Notes under the pieces: generated by a model
What the model was told of the DNA's origin: nothing
The model's input: the letters and a program-made list of their open reading frames with translations, nothing else
Databases searched by the model: none
Translations under genes and position numbers: made by a program
DNA from: an uncultured Fibrobacterota bacterium
GTDB taxonomy: Bacteria; Fibrobacterota; Chitinivibrionia; Chitinivibrionales; FEN-1185
Length of the DNA: 64,000 nucleotides
Assembly (NCBI GenBank): GCA_963729895.1
Contig: CAVSQB010000013.1
Location: 19,125 to 83,124 of the forward strand
Reading direction: 5' to 3'
Shown here: positions 61,912 to 64,000 of the stretch, in pieces
How positions within the stretch are numbered: position 1 is the stretch's first letter
Layout: every line of letters begins with the position of its first letter

Positions 61912-63888
61912 CTATTTTTCCTGTAACCCCCGCAGCACTTTCACAACCGCGCCCTTGTTCAGAATGTCGCGCATGATAATAGGATGATAAGGATCGTCCC
62001 CGGGGAAAACGGCAAAGAACGGCACGCTGCGCGATCCCAAATCATGTAATAGAGACTCCGCCTGCACATTTGTCCAGGTAAGGTCCGCCTTAAGGGGGAG
62101 GATGTGCTTCTTCTTTATAAGGCCGGCCACCTCGGCTGAAGAAAGCACCGTCATGGCATTGTATTGGCAGTTGAGGCACCAATTGGCGGTGAAATCGACA
62201 ATCGCATGCTGGCCTTTGGCATGTGCTCCCAGAAGAAGTTTTGGCGAGAAGTCCTCCCACGGTATTACGTTCCCTGCCGCCGTAAACGCCGTCTGCGCCG
62301 AGGCCTTTTTGTACATGACGCCGAAGCACAGGTAAAACCCAGCCCCTGCAACGGCAAGAGCGATGCACGCAGCAATGATATGCCTTGACAATGTGGACCC
62401 AAATGCGGCGTACCGCACAAAAAATACCACCGCAAATGCAATACTGATGCTAAATCCCACGGCGCTCACCACCATGTCTTTGGGGAGACCGAACAAGAAG
62501 TAGACTGCGGCTCCGAGCAGCAGAATCCCCATAAGGTGTTTGAAATCCTCCGTCCATTTTCCCGGTTTTGGTATGATGCGCACGAGCGTCTTGCTTGCGG
62601 AAAAGGCGACGTAAGGAAACGCCATGCCTGCACCGATAGAGGCGAAAACAAGAAAGATGATAAGCGTGGACTGGGTGAGGGTCCATGCGAGCGTCGCGCC
62701 GAGGAACGGACCGCTGCAGGGTGTGGCAAGCAAAGTGGCAAACATGCCTCGCAGGAATTCTCCATAGTATCCTTTGCCACCCTTGCGTTCAAAGCTGGCA
62801 ATGGAGTGCGGCATGGCAATGACATAGACGTCGAAAAGGCCCAGCGCGAAAACCACGGTCATGACGATAAGAGAAATCAGAAACCAAGGACTCTGAAACT
62901 GTTGACCCCAGGAGAGGTGCGCAAACGAGGCGAGTGCGGCCAGCGCCATGAATACGGACATCATGCCGCCGGCGAAAGCAATGCTCCGCGCGATCACCGT
63001 CCTGCGCGAAGTGCCGCCGGCCTTTGCAAACGAGAGTATCTTGATGCCGAGAACGGGCAGCACGCACGGCATGACGTTGAGAATTGTTCCGGCAACAAAA
63101 CCAAAAACGATTGCAAGAAGAAAATTCATCGTGATCTTCTTCTCCACGGGCTCGTATTCCCACGTGTAGGGTTTCTCTTCCGACAACTCCGACTCGCTTC
63201 CGATGGAGATTTGTCCAAGAAGGCCTGTCCCCTGCTGGATACTAACCCCGCTCGCGCCTGTTTCGAACTCCACCGGTTCGGCACCGGCGAACAAGGCCCG
63301 GAGATGCGGCTGGGATTCAAAGGACCCGGCTGCGGTCTTGCCGGACACAATGATCTTGAACCCCGTCTCAACGCTCACCGGCAGGCATGACGAAGCGCAT
63401 ATCAGACCGCTCAGCACCACTCCGGCATCGACAACGGGCGGGCATTCCTTTTCCACAACTCCCTCGAAAAAGAAATACGCGTTTCTTTCATAGGCCCACA
63501 CCCAGTCTCCTATTTCCGGATAGAAACGCATCGGCGCGGTCTTGCGCGCCTCGCGCCAACGCACCCCGCCCTCGGAGCGCAATCGGAGCCGGGCAGGCTT
63601 TCCAATGCCGGGACCGAGCGGATTGCTGTACAGATGGTATTTTTCTGGAATGACAACGTGAAGCGCGGCAATTATGGTATCACCGCCCGAATATGCGGGC
63701 CTGTCAAGAACGATTTCCGTTGACAGTTCGCGCGTGCCAGCGCCGGCAAAGGACGCCAAAAGAAGCACATGCGCTGCGACACGAGTTGCGGTCTTTAGGT
63801 TAGACAACCGAAGAGTATGAACTGCTGAAAATATTCTGCGCTCAGATTTCAAAACCGGTCTGCCTCGTAAGTCCCTGAGGAATAACAT
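61912..63888 (-). CDS. DsbD-like thiol:disulfide interchange protein (start uncertain)
   Basis: N-domain CxxxC (LICASSC), TM motifs MPCVLP and TPCSGP, C-terminal WCLNC. Confidence 0.9.
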   Translation of the reverse strand: MLFLRDLRGRPVLKSERRIFSAVHTLRLSNLKTATRVAAHVLLLASFAGAGTRELSTEIVLDRPAYSGGDTIIAALHVVIPEKYHLYSNPLGPGIGKPARLRLRSEGGVRWREARKTAPMRFYPEIGDWVWAYERNAYFFFEGVVEKECPPVVDAGVVLSGLICASSCLPVSVETGFKIIVSGKTAAGSFESQPHLRALFAGAEPVEFETGASGVSIQQGTGLLGQISIGSESELSEEKPYTWEYEPVEKKITMNFLLAIVFGFVAGTILNVMPCVLPVLGIKILSFAKAGGTSRRTVIARSIAFAGGMMSVFMALAALASFAHLSWGQQFQSPWFLISLIVMTVVFALGLFDVYVIAMPHSIASFERKGGKGYYGEFLRGMFATLLATPCSGPFLGATLAWTLTQSTLIIFLVFASIGAGMAFPYVAFSASKTLVRIIPKPGKWTEDFKHLMGILLLGAAVYFLFGLPKDMVVSAVGFSISIAFAVVFFVRYAAFGSTLSRHIIAACIALAVAGAGFYLCFGVMYKKASAQTAFTAAGNVIPWEDFSPKLLLGAHAKGQHAIVDFTANWCLNCQYNAMTVLSSAEVAGLIKKKHILPLKADLTWTNVQAESLLHDLGSRSVPFFAVFPGDDPYHPIIMRDILNKGAVVKVLRGLQEK

Positions 63889-64000
63889 AAGGGGACCTCT
63901 AAAAATTCTGTAAAATAGTAGATTCCAAGATCATGTTGACAGATAGTATTATTTCGCGATGTCAGGGCGTCTATTTGTCTGATAGGTGCCCAAAACTGTT

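Noticed and set aside
1..64000. CRISPR arrays, rRNA, prophage structural genes, known defence systems (including Zorya for the MotA-like genes)
   Set aside because: No repeat-spacer periodicity or signatures seen; the motor partners are ExbD/TonB-type with no OmpA-like peptidoglycan-binding domain or long ZorA tail

Overview
A moderately GC-rich bacterial chromosomal window made up mostly of housekeeping genes on the minus strand. The gene content suggests an anaerobic diderm, possibly Fibrobacterota/FCB-like (inference only). Housekeeping genes: tRNA-Ala(GGC), glnS, gltX, gnd, pdxB, trpB2, ugd, queA, folC, acs, satP, a ppiD/surA-like gene, a ctpA-like gene, tmk, secA, argA, aconitase and a DsbD-like gene. 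The left edge looks like the att boundary of an element integrated at tRNA-Ala, with arm-type repeats and a possible attC end. An IS1182-family element interrupted by a complete IS3-family element lies at 31381-34409. Two loci stand out. (1) A proton-motor operon (48156-52336) has a free ExbB/TolQ, an in-frame ExbB-ExbD fusion lacking the usual proton-accepting Asp, a free AglS-like ExbD, a TonB/GltG-like transducer and a PilZ protein. (2) An acetate/acetylation cluster has a CoA-transferase-GNAT fusion, an ADP-forming acetate-CoA ligase, a divergent Zn-dependent deacetylase, acs and satP. All product calls come from motif recognition by eye; no database searches were run.
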